Below are positions 25,258 through 33,783 of a stretch of 40,000 nt of DNA, in pieces; position 1 is the stretch's first letter, and the number at the start of each line of letters is the position of its first letter. A program made the position numbers and the translations under genes. The notes below the pieces were generated by a model. The model was not told the DNA's origin. It did no database searches and worked only from the letters and a program-made list of their open reading frames with translations. The DNA is taken from the sequence record MK774614.2; one strand, given 5' to 3'. The DNA comes from Aeromonas phage CF8.

Positions 25258-27261
25258 ATGATTAATACCAATGATACTCCAGAGTCGCAATCTGGGCATC
25301 AACTGGGCGAAAGTACGTTTGGGCAAGCTAATCCTCAACCTACTCCCGATGCGCCGTTTAATTCTCAAACCACTGAAAACAATACTTCTTCTCAACAAAA
25401 GGAAACTGTAACCATGTCCAATTCCGTTAACGCTCTGACCGCACTGCTGGGCCTGCACAACATCACCGCTTCCCAACATCAGATCCCCGAAATCGACGCT
25501 GTGATCAAAGATCTGGATGAGCGTGTCAAGAACCTGCGTATGAACACTGCTGCAGAAGCTCAGAAAGCCACTCTGCCCAAAGCGGTTCAGACTCTGTCTA
25601 CCGAGATCTCTCCGCAGCTGCCGGGTATCGCCGTTTACACCGTGATCGGTAAATCCGTTTACGTCATGCCGGTTCTGTTCTTCAAGAATGGCATCACTGA
25701 TGCAACTGACACTGTTCAGCTCCAAAACGAAGCCCCGCGTGGCTTTGCTAAGGTACCGAACAGCTTCATGACCAAAGAGATCCTGGGTCGTGTCAAACAA
25801 GCCTTTGCTTATGTTGACAGCGTCAAGATGGAAGAAGTCTTCATCCTGTCCCAGACTGTGGTCAACCTGGAACGTTACATCAAGAACGATATCACCGGTG
25901 ACGATCTGATCCGCACTGTGGTTAACCGTCTGATGGACGAGTGGGGTATCGGTCTGCTGAGCCTGGGTACCATGCTGGCTGTTAAAGCAAACATGACCCT
26001 GCCGTCTCCGTTCAAGAACGGTAAACTGTTCGGTGAGCATGACGCTGCGATTGCGCGTATCGAAGCGATGAGCAAGTTTGTTCAAAACGGTTCCCCGACT
26101 CCGTACAACCTGTCTGTGAAACTGGCCACCACTAACCGTAACCAAAACGGTTATAACCAAAACCAGAACAACAGCAAGTCTGTGATCACCACCAACCTGA
26201 ACGTTCAGCTGGAAATGATGAGCCCGCAGCAGTTCCAACAGCATCGCATGGCCCGTACGGGTGCGGTAGGTGTTGGTCCGCTGGTGCCGGTTGTTTCTAT
26301 CGGTAACTCCATCCCAGGTGAAACCCTGAACCACAACTCCAGCCCGATCGCTGCTATCCTGGGTCTGTACGCTGCGCTGTCTGCGAACGGTCAAGCAACT
26401 CTGGCTGAAGCTTATCGTGGTAAGGAAGTGGGTAACCGTGGTAACCTGAGCGTGTTCAACCACTCTCTGGCTGCGATGATGCCGGGTGCTTACGGTGCGG
26501 ACAAGTTCCTGACCGATAAGAACATCATGAACATCGCAGTGGTCAGCTCCTGGATCCAAACTTACGTTTCTACCAATCCGGTATATGTCATGGATGTAGC
26601 GGCTAACCTGGAAAACTCCAGCACTTCCGAGTTCTGGTTTGGTGTGGCCTCTAAGGACTCCACCTCTCCGTACTACCGTGCCGTGGTGGCTGCAATGAAC
26701 GTCCTGTCCAACGGTAAGTTCAGTGAACTGGCTAACCAGAACGCTAGCGAAGCCGGTCGTGACAAGACCAAGCAGTGGGTACTGGGTGATCCGATCGTGC
26801 ATCAAACTCGTGTACTGCGACCGCGTGGTATCGCACAAGCCAAAGACGGCAAGTGGTTTGATCTGGGTGAGATCGATGCAATGTTCCTGCGCCAGCCGGA
26901 ATACTACGGTCAAAACGAACAGGCTATTGCCGAGTTCATGGGTCTGATCCAAGGCTCCATGGGTGGTGACGTTCGTGTCCGTCAGTTCAACATCATCTCT
27001 CGTCTGCAAGCACTGACCAACAACACCGCTCAGGTAGAAGGTTGGGATCTGCGTCTGATCGTTGGTAACAGCTTTGCCAACACCATGGCACAAGCAATGG
27101 TTGCTGCCGGTACTATCTCTGTATCTGCTTCTAACTACAACGGTCAGTGGACCCATCAGGTCGACAACGAAGTGCTGAACATGCTCATGACTGCAACTCT
27201 GGCTCCTCAGAACCAGAACGCCTCTCTGGGTCTGTCTAGCATGTTCCTTGGTGGCATGTAA
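25258..27261 (+). CDS. candidate phage nuclear shell protein (chimallin/ChmA-like); internal start at 25414 may give the 615-aa main form
   Basis: Highly optimised codon usage starting at about 25414, own strong terminator, adjacent to RNAP beta'-like gene as for phiKZ gp54/gp55; size of the internal-start form close to known chimallins. No homology search done. Confidence 0.6.
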   Translation: MINTNDTPESQSGHQLGESTFGQANPQPTPDAPFNSQTTENNTSSQQKETVTMSNSVNALTALLGLHNITASQHQIPEIDAVIKDLDERVKNLRMNTAAEAQKATLPKAVQTLSTEISPQLPGIAVYTVIGKSVYVMPVLFFKNGITDATDTVQLQNEAPRGFAKVPNSFMTKEILGRVKQAFAYVDSVKMEEVFILSQTVVNLERYIKNDITGDDLIRTVVNRLMDEWGIGLLSLGTMLAVKANMTLPSPFKNGKLFGEHDAAIARIEAMSKFVQNGSPTPYNLSVKLATTNRNQNGYNQNQNNSKSVITTNLNVQLEMMSPQQFQQHRMARTGAVGVGPLVPVVSIGNSIPGETLNHNSSPIAAILGLYAALSANGQATLAEAYRGKEVGNRGNLSVFNHSLAAMMPGAYGADKFLTDKNIMNIAVVSSWIQTYVSTNPVYVMDVAANLENSSTSEFWFGVASKDSTSPYYRAVVAAMNVLSNGKFSELANQNASEAGRDKTKQWVLGDPIVHQTRVLRPRGIAQAKDGKWFDLGEIDAMFLRQPEYYGQNEQAIAEFMGLIQGSMGGDVRVRQFNIISRLQALTNNTAQVEGWDLRLIVGNSFANTMAQAMVAAGTISVSASNYNGQWTHQVDNEVLNMLMTATLAPQNQNASLGLSSMFLGGM

Positions 27262-27282
27262 GTGACACAGTAAGCTAGAATG

Positions 27283-27316
27283 ACACAACGGGTGGGTGAA
27301 AGCCCACCCGTTGTGT
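27283..27316 (+). terminator. strong intrinsic terminator after chmA candidate
   Basis: ACACAACGGGTGGG-TGAAAG-CCCACCCGTTGTGT followed by TTCTTT, 14-bp stem. Confidence 0.85.
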
Positions 27317-27344
27317 TTCTTTATTCAGGAGTTTTATTTTTCTA

Positions 27345-27374
27345 TTTTATTTCAAGCAGATATCATTATTATGT
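27345..27374 (+). promoter_or_regulatory. AT-rich promoter-like element, class B, upstream of RNAP beta' gene
   Basis: TTTTATTTCAAGCAGATATCATTATTATGTA. Confidence 0.55.
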
Positions 27375-27415
27375 AGTAGCTGGAATAGTTATAGAAAATA
27401 GAGGAGAGTTAATAC

Positions 27416-28813
27416 GTGCTTACTTTAGCGGAAGTACTGAAACCTTATAGTGTAGAGAACTTGTTACCCACCAATCACTTTGATAAAATCATCAAAGAGA
27501 CGGGGTTTAAAATGCCCAAGGATGATGAGACATTCTACAAAGCCCTTTATCCTGATTTTGATGATTTTGATGCAAGACATGCCTGTGCAGTTAATACCCC
27601 ACTGTACCTAAACGACTTCGACTTTAACAAAGAAGAAGATCGGGAACGAATCATTTCATTGCTGCGTACTGAGTACGAAGGGAACAGCTTTGATACGGTT
27701 GCTGCATGTGAGTGTAAAAAGTACCGCTCCAATATCTATTTGGATATGGGGGTCGTGTGCGAAGATTGTGGTCATCCGGTGACTAAACCGTTACTGGATA
27801 AAATTGAAACCAAAGTGTGGTTACGAGCGCCTGATAAAGTCAGTGGGTTTTTGAACCCGGCTGTGTGTAAAGTGTTCTTTGATCGCCTTAATACGAAATC
27901 TCCCAAAGTCAATTTGGTGGAATACTGGATTAACCCAGACCTTCGTAAAGAGAAACGGTTTAAAGATCCTGACAATACGGCATATCGAATTGCATGTCGG
28001 TTAGAAGCATTCCGGGAAACACTGGGAATTGAGTTTGGGTATAATCAGTTCATTGACAACATTGATCTGATTATTAACTCAGCAGTAGAGCGGGACATTT
28101 CTGCTATTTTAGATCTGGACGAACAAAGTCGTGTCCACTTTGCCCAGTTCTGGCAGAAGTATAAACACCTTGCTGTATCTCAGTACCTGCCGATTCCAAA
28201 CAAGATCACCACCATTGTGGAAAGTGATCAACGTGATCGCTATGTCAATAAGGAGAAGACGGACCTTGATAAGTTCTTCTTTACCATCGCCGACATGTTC
28301 CCGGCCTATGATCCACGGTCAGAAGAAAACCACGAATTGATGGGAAAGAACTTCACCAAGCTTCGTGATGTGATGTATAAAGTCATGGAAGCGGTGCTGT
28401 TCAAAAAGAAGGGGATGATCCGTTATCATGCCGGTGCCGGTAAACTCCCAATGACAGGGCGCTCTATCATCACTGGTGAATCTGGAGTATGCCGGTCTGA
28501 TACCATTATCGTTCCATGGTTATACGGGATTACCTGTTACGATAAACATCTGTCCAACTGGCTTTATAGAGAGAAAGGATACAGTCCGCTCAAAGTAAAG
28601 GAGATTATCCGAAGCGCAGCAAATTACAGACACCCTTTGGTAGAGGAGTTTTTCGATTGGATCGAAACCAACCAGTACGCCGTTTGTACTGCTGGCCGAA
28701 ACCCCTCCATCCAATACCTCTCTGCCCGTGCTTTCTTTATAAAGTTCAACCGAGATGTAGAAGATAAATCAATACGTATTCCTATCACCTGTGTGAAGGA
28801 ATTTGGTGCCGAT
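27416..28813 (+). CDS. multisubunit RNA polymerase beta'-like N-terminal subunit, exon 1 (GTG start)
   Basis: CxC...CEDCGHP zinc-binding-like region; YHAGAGKLPMTGRSIITGESG resembles the beta' GKRVDFSGRSVI segment; CTAGRNPSIQYLSARAFF resembles NRAPTLHRLGIQAF; ends EFGAD directly before the intron. Confidence 0.85.
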
Positions 28814-29252
28814 AAACTGCATTAACACATGTTAATGCTTTAGTCCCGCTGGGGTGAAAGTCCTAGTGTGTACTTCTTGAATTGCTGGAAAGCCCACAAA
28901 AGTTCTCTACCTAAGCATGATTGGAAACATACATGTTCACGGTGTCGAAAGACAAAAACAACAGAGAACCTGTCCTAAGCTAAAACATAATGCTAAGGGA
29001 TATTAACAAGGGGTTCCCAAGCAGCCGAGGTTCTAAATACATTCGAGATGAATGGATACGAATCAGGTTCAACGACTATCCCGTGGCTGGGAGTAGGGTC
29101 ACCCGGTGATCTGAAGTATGAAGTACCTAACCGTGTAATGACGTAGGTAATGATATAGTCTGCTCCACCCTAATAAGGATGGCGGGTGCCAGGTATCGCA
29201 CCGGCGTTATTATGATAACCTTCGGGTGAACGGTAATAACGTGGACAAAAGG
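28814..29252 (+). other. group I self-splicing intron (no internal homing endonuclease ORF)
   Basis: P-like AATTGCTGGAAAGCCC (28880-28895), R-like GTTCAACGACTATCC (29067-29081), S-like TGATATAGTC (29151-29160); P7 GACTA/TAGTC pairing; ends in G. Removal restores GAD+FDGDQM. Exact splice sites inferred. Confidence 0.85.
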
Positions 29253-29447
29253 TTTGATGGAGATCAGATGTACGCGATCATGTTGTACGACATTATTAGT
29301 CGTATTCATGCGTATAGTGCGTGGGGACACCAACAACAATTGGATCCCAATAAACCGTTTAAAACAAGTCGGTTTGCTACGGCAACTAAAACCAACTTGT
29401 TGAATATGAATGCGTTGTTCTTAGACGAACCAATACAGGAGGATTAA
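29253..29447 (+). CDS. RNA polymerase beta'-like subunit, exon 2 (FDGDQMYAIMLYD...)
   Basis: In-frame continuation of catalytic NADFDGDQM motif of beta' after intron removal. Confidence 0.8.
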   Translation, partial: FDGDQMYAIMLYDIISRIHAYSAWGHQQQLDPNKPFKTSRFATATKTNLLNMNALFLDEPIQED

Positions 29448-29450
29448 TTA

Positions 29451-30125
29451 GTGAATGCAACTAGTGCCTTTATGTTTGGGTGTGGTGGATCGCTCTCAGA
29501 AGGAGCAGCCGCCTCGTATAACTCTTTTATGGGAGGAATGTATCAGCAGTTTAGCAATCTAGGGGGATGGCTGTCTGGTGCAGTGGAATCGGTTAAGAAA
29601 TCACATGAGAAATTCATGAACTCACGCATGTGGGAGTTTTCTAACCGAGTTGGGAAAGATGGTCATTACGTAGGACGATTTGAAATCGGCTATCTCAGTG
29701 ATCTTCAATACCAACAGCAAGCATTGGGGTTCATGAGAAATTACATCATGGCGAATCCAGAGACAATGAAAATGTATCTCAGCGGTCACCTCAGTGGTTA
29801 CGATGGGGAGTTTTCTGAACGCTGTTCTGGTATTGGTCGGGAGAACTATTTCTACAACAAGTCTGTTGATGGAATGAATCGTCTGAATGACGACGGTGTT
29901 CTGCTAAGAACTGATTATACCACCACCCGTGACAGCGGAAGTCGATTGAGCGTTCGAGAGCGTATTGACATTCATCGCACTTGGAATGCGTCTAACCTTC
30001 ACCTGGCTAAAGAACTGCTTGATCCTACCAGTATTGAAGGTGACCAGCGGTTTGATGATGAACAAGCTTTGGAGCGTTTGGAAGAACGGCGTAAAGCATT
30101 GGAAACAACGGAAAGTGGCGATTAA
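29451..30125 (+). CDS. hypothetical protein
   Basis: 224-aa ORF, GGAGGATTAATTA RBS, directly behind RNAP exon 2. Confidence 0.8.
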   Translation: MNATSAFMFGCGGSLSEGAAASYNSFMGGMYQQFSNLGGWLSGAVESVKKSHEKFMNSRMWEFSNRVGKDGHYVGRFEIGYLSDLQYQQQALGFMRNYIMANPETMKMYLSGHLSGYDGEFSERCSGIGRENYFYNKSVDGMNRLNDDGVLLRTDYTTTRDSGSRLSVRERIDIHRTWNASNLHLAKELLDPTSIEGDQRFDDEQALERLEERRKALETTESGD

Positions 30126-30136
30126 TCAATAAAGCA

Positions 30137-30166
30137 GAGTTACCCAGCGTCATGGCTGGGTAACTC
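30137..30166 (+). terminator. intrinsic terminator-like hairpin
   Basis: GAGTTACCCAGC-GTCATG-GCTGGGTAACTC followed by CTTTATC. Confidence 0.65.
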
Positions 30167-30211
30167 CTTTATCCTGCTCTCTTTTTATTTTTTATCAAAA
30201 GGAATATAACA

Positions 30212-30544
30212 ATGGAATTGAAAACTGAGATTATTCACACCGATGACATTTGCATGATCGTTCGCTCTGGCGACATTAACACGTATCTTGTCATGGACCA
30301 ATACCAAAATGAGCTAGGAACCGTTAAATTCCAAAATGGTTCCCCTGTTAATGGTGTTACTGGGATGACACTGGAGGCTATGATCGCCACGTGTATTTAT
30401 CGATTGGATGCATTGAATCAAGGGCAGTTTAAATGTGATCACAATGACATTGCACTGGATGGATTGAAGTCCGCGCTTTATGCACTTAACAATCGTGCCC
30501 AAGATCGTAAAGAACGCGGTGTTTATGACACGGAGAACGCATAA
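30212..30544 (+). CDS. hypothetical protein
   Basis: 110-aa ORF, AAAAGGAATATAACA RBS. Confidence 0.75.
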   Translation: MELKTEIIHTDDICMIVRSGDINTYLVMDQYQNELGTVKFQNGSPVNGVTGMTLEAMIATCIYRLDALNQGQFKCDHNDIALDGLKSALYALNNRAQDRKERGVYDTENA

Positions 30545-31023
30545 TGGGAATGGGGTACGCACAGCTGGTGGTGGATGTTAAATCTGCATCAGACATGGTG
30601 GTGGCTATTAAGAAGTTTTTAAAAGATCATCCAGACGAAGAGATTTGGGATTTGATCAATATCACCAATAATGAACTTCACGCAACGTTGATGTATGACA
30701 AACGTGATCCTGACATTGATCCCGGATTTAATTACAATACGTACAAAGCCACTGTAACGGGTTTTGAGAAGCTCGGTAATCCGAATGGTAATTACTACGC
30801 CTTAGTGTTACTGCTTGAATGTGAGGCGATTCAGGAACGTTTTAGAACGCTTTTGGATAAAGGATTTGAGCACAGCTTCCCAGAACTTAAAATCCACGTT
30901 TCCTTGAACTATGGACCCCAAACCGATATTGCTGCCAGAGTACTGAGAAAGATGTGGGATCAAGGATTGTTTCCTAAAACGATCACCTTGTGCGCCGAGA
31001 CATGGAACGAGTGTAAAAACTGA
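30544..31023 (+). CDS. 2H phosphoesterase-superfamily protein, Acb1 (anti-CBASS)-like candidate
   Basis: Two H-x-T/S motifs, NELHATLMYDKRD (H46/T48) and ELKIHVSLNYGP (H118/S120), in a 159-aa protein; coupled TAATG start. Confidence 0.65.
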   Translation: MGMGYAQLVVDVKSASDMVVAIKKFLKDHPDEEIWDLINITNNELHATLMYDKRDPDIDPGFNYNTYKATVTGFEKLGNPNGNYYALVLLLECEAIQERFRTLLDKGFEHSFPELKIHVSLNYGPQTDIAARVLRKMWDQGLFPKTITLCAETWNECKN

Positions 31024-31028
31024 TTAAA

Positions 31029-31079
31029 TTTAATATCCATTTTATTTCAGACCTATATTACCTAAGTGATAAACAACCA
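31029..31079 (+). promoter_or_regulatory. promoter-like cassette, copy B (contains TATATTAC)
   Basis: TTTAATATCCATTTTATTTCAGACCTATATTACCTAAGTGATAAACAACCA; 3 mismatches over 51 nt to 7200-7250. Confidence 0.65.
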
Positions 31080-31115
31080 CCATGTTTAAACTACTTTTGT
31101 ATTTAGGAGCACACT

Positions 31116-31307
31116 ATGTCTATCTCTACCGCTTTCTTTGGTACCATGATCCTGATCACTTTCGTATCCCTGGGTGTTCATTATTACAAAGAGTACAAAG
31201 GGCTTCGTAAAGTCATGGCTCGTCGTAATAAGGCACCGTGGTTTGCTAAGCGCACCAATGCGCAAGGTAAAACAGGATGGTCATTTCGCTTTGGTTCTAA
31301 AGCATAA
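31116..31307 (+). CDS. small single-pass membrane protein candidate
   Basis: 63 aa with N-terminal hydrophobic stretch AFFGTMILITFVSLGV and basic C-terminus; TTAGGAGCACACT RBS. Confidence 0.7.
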   Translation: MSISTAFFGTMILITFVSLGVHYYKEYKGLRKVMARRNKAPWFAKRTNAQGKTGWSFRFGSKA

Positions 31308-31312
31308 TACGA

Positions 31313-31340
31313 TTAGCTCAACCCAATTGGGTTGAGCTAA
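31313..31340 (+). terminator. intrinsic terminator
   Basis: TTAGCTCAACCC-AATT-GGGTTGAGCTAA, T-rich downstream. Confidence 0.65.
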
Positions 31341-31382
31341 CGTTATCCTTCATTTATTTTTTTTTTCTGTAAGGAGTGTCTC

Positions 31383-31790
31383 ATGGCAGGTATTGTGGGA
31401 ACGATGGACACGCTGGGGTGGGTAAAAGAACCCACTGTTAAAATAGATCGGTTGATTGCCTATTGGTTTGCCAATCGAAAAGATCAGTCTATTATCTTTA
31501 GGAATATACAGAGCTTCCAATATGTCGTAGGGAAACACCAAGATGATAAGCAGATTGATGGGTTTTTAGAAGATGTTCAAAATAACCTGCGAAGCTTTTT
31601 ACTGGAGTGTTTTGACGCAGCCGATGTGACTGCGGCCGCACCCGGGTGGGAACCTAACTTAAAAATGTTTACGCTGGCCATTAGCGGTCAGGTTCAACAA
31701 GACGGCAATAAATATGACATTGCTCACGCCGTCCAACTCAATGGTAAAACATTCGAAAAAATAGCAGAAGGAAGAAGACATGTCCGATAA
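31383..31790 (+). CDS. hypothetical protein
   Basis: 135-aa ORF, AAGGAGTGTCTC RBS. Confidence 0.75.
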   Translation: MAGIVGTMDTLGWVKEPTVKIDRLIAYWFANRKDQSIIFRNIQSFQYVVGKHQDDKQIDGFLEDVQNNLRSFLLECFDAADVTAAAPGWEPNLKMFTLAISGQVQQDGNKYDIAHAVQLNGKTFEKIAEGRRHVR

Positions 31791-32613
31791 ACAAATTGAC
31801 GTTTCGGTAATTGATACAACCGAACTAAACACAATTGACCGTATGGATCATGGTGATCTGATCGAGTTTTTGACTAGCTCATTTAAATATGCCGATGTGG
31901 GCGGTCAGCGTGTTATTCAAACACCGGATGGGTTGTTTGTTGAGCACGTGTTGATGGAAGAGTCCTACTTTGTAGAAAACTGGTTGACGCAGTTTGCTAT
32001 TCACCAAGTGGGGGATAAAAACTACTTCAACATGGAAGAGTGGAATATCCTCACCGATGGATTCACCAAAGGGGTGATCGTCATTAATGAGAACAAGACA
32101 CCTGTTCTGATTATTCGTAAATTTACCGATATGGGTCTATCGAGTGCAGCTGCAGATAAACTGAACTTTTGTGGATCTTACGCTTCGCGCGCTCACCATG
32201 CCCAAGATCGTGAACGAGATGAATTGATTAAGCAGTTCGCTACCCAAGTACAGGCTATTTCGGAAAGTGAAACCCGCGGAAACACGATCCCCGAGATGAT
32301 CCCACTAGAGTACTATCGCCAACATGGTGTCGATCCACTGACCATGCAACAAGTGATCTACATTCGTGACAACTATCAACATGCCGGTTCTCCTATTGAT
32401 CCAGACAGTGATATTCTTAAGCGAGTAGAAAAGATTCTCTTTGGCTGGAACGTTGAAAATAAGATTACCGCTGACGATAAAGCATTTGTGCTAGAGATCA
32501 CCGAAAATCAATTTAGTTTTGACTACGATCACCATTACGTAGACACTGCCGATCAACCGAACGTGATCACAAAACCAGAAGAACCAGAAACGTTCGATCC
32601 CCTTGCTGATTAA
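31780..32613 (+). CDS. hypothetical protein
   Basis: 277-aa ORF overlapping previous stop, AGAAGGAAGAAGAC RBS. Confidence 0.8.
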   Translation: MSDKQIDVSVIDTTELNTIDRMDHGDLIEFLTSSFKYADVGGQRVIQTPDGLFVEHVLMEESYFVENWLTQFAIHQVGDKNYFNMEEWNILTDGFTKGVIVINENKTPVLIIRKFTDMGLSSAAADKLNFCGSYASRAHHAQDRERDELIKQFATQVQAISESETRGNTIPEMIPLEYYRQHGVDPLTMQQVIYIRDNYQHAGSPIDPDSDILKRVEKILFGWNVENKITADDKAFVLEITENQFSFDYDHHYVDTADQPNVITKPEEPETFDPLAD

Positions 32614-32652
32614 CAGGATTAGCGGGTGGGTACATTGTGCTAAGGAAAAGAA

Positions 32653-33783
32653 ATGACATTAATTAAAGCGCTGTGGAGTTCAGATCACCACACTAACCAC
32701 CCGCATACTCCTACATCCCATACTTTAGCGTGTATGGACAAATTTTATTACAGAGACAATAATCCTAAAGAGATTAAGCTCTCTGTATTTGGCGGAGACA
32801 TGTTTCATGACCTAGCCAGTGCCAATGACCCTAATATGATTTTGGTGCAGCGCTGGGCGAAGAAATACAACCATATCTGTCATGAAAACAAAACACATGT
32901 CAGGTATCTGGAAGGAACCTCTTCTCACGACTGGGGACAGCCTGAGCTTTTAGAACTACTTAAACCCAAAGGTTCGACGTATATCAAATACGTGAACACC
33001 CTCTCTATTGAGTATTTTCCAGATCTTGATATTCACGTGCTGTACGTTCCTGATAACTTCGGTAAAATTACCACGGAAGAAGTGTATGAAATGGCACTGG
33101 GTGAAATGGCCAAATCAAACCTTACTCAGGTAGATTTCATTTTTCTTCACGGAGGGTTTAAGTTTCAACTTCCCCCCATTGCCGATAAACACGGAACACT
33201 TTACGATGAAGTGAAGTGGAGCAAACTGGCTAAGCACGTTATCTTCTCTGGGCATATCCATAAGCCCGGTGAGAAACTCAATATTCGGTGTTCGGGTTCT
33301 ATTAACAGAACAGCATACGGTGAAATGCATCCAAAGGGTGCGTATCGATTTGAGTTTAATAAAGAAACGTGCCGTACCCAGTTTTGGGAAAATATTGATG
33401 CACAGATTTATGACTATATTGATATTTCCCCCACTACCACCAGTAAAGAACTGATCAAGATCCTCAATAACTATCTTGCAAAATCCCCACCTGCTAAGAC
33501 CCACATCAAGGTCAGAAACGGAACGGGTGATATTGTTGTTCCACTATTAAACGAGTATAAAGAGCAATATCCTCAATATGTGTTTGATAGTGATAACGTT
33601 AAAAAGGATAACATTGAGATTGATGACACGTTGTATTCTGCCGAAACTTACAACGGGGTTCAGCTCACCAAAGAGAATTTAAAAGATAACTTGTACCGTT
33701 ACATGGAAACCAGTTTATCACTTGATGAAACGATTGACAGGGATCTTTTAGACACGTTGCTCGAGGAGGTCATGAATGAGTAG
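32653..33783 (+). CDS. calcineurin-like metallophosphoesterase, SbcD/Mre11-like
   Basis: ALWSSDHHTNHPHT, SVFGGDMFHD, YLEGTSSHDW, FLHGGF, VIFSGHIHKPG follow the D-x-H / GD / GNHD-like / H / GHxH order. Confidence 0.75.
   Translation: MTLIKALWSSDHHTNHPHTPTSHTLACMDKFYYRDNNPKEIKLSVFGGDMFHDLASANDPNMILVQRWAKKYNHICHENKTHVRYLEGTSSHDWGQPELLELLKPKGSTYIKYVNTLSIEYFPDLDIHVLYVPDNFGKITTEEVYEMALGEMAKSNLTQVDFIFLHGGFKFQLPPIADKHGTLYDEVKWSKLAKHVIFSGHIHKPGEKLNIRCSGSINRTAYGEMHPKGAYRFEFNKETCRTQFWENIDAQIYDYIDISPTTTSKELIKILNNYLAKSPPAKTHIKVRNGTGDIVVPLLNEYKEQYPQYVFDSDNVKKDNIEIDDTLYSAETYNGVQLTKENLKDNLYRYMETSLSLDETIDRDLLDTLLEEVMNE

Noticed and set aside
25243-27288. 681-aa minus-strand ORF antisense to the shell-protein candidate
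   Set aside because: Low-complexity H/R/Q/V-rich translation, explained by strong codon bias (absence of codons giving antisense stops) of the + strand gene; no RBS or homology-like features.
28814-28825. In-frame stop at 28825 as evidence of pseudogene or sequencing error
   Set aside because: Group I intron core elements follow and the catalytic motif resumes in frame; an intron explains all features better than gene decay.
29060-29165. tRNA-like signal (AGGTTCAACGACT)
   Set aside because: The GTTCAA resemblance is part of the group I intron R element and P7; no cloverleaf could be assembled. No tRNA gene recognised in the window.
28826-29225. Intein or mobile element carrying its own endonuclease
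   Set aside because: No ORF of meaningful length in the interval and no intein splicing motifs; it is an RNA intron without an internal homing gene.
29226-29252. Independent GTG-started 73-aa gene at 29226..29447
   Set aside because: Its first residues (VNGNNVDKR) lie in the intron 3' hairpin; the remainder is the RNAP beta' exon 2.
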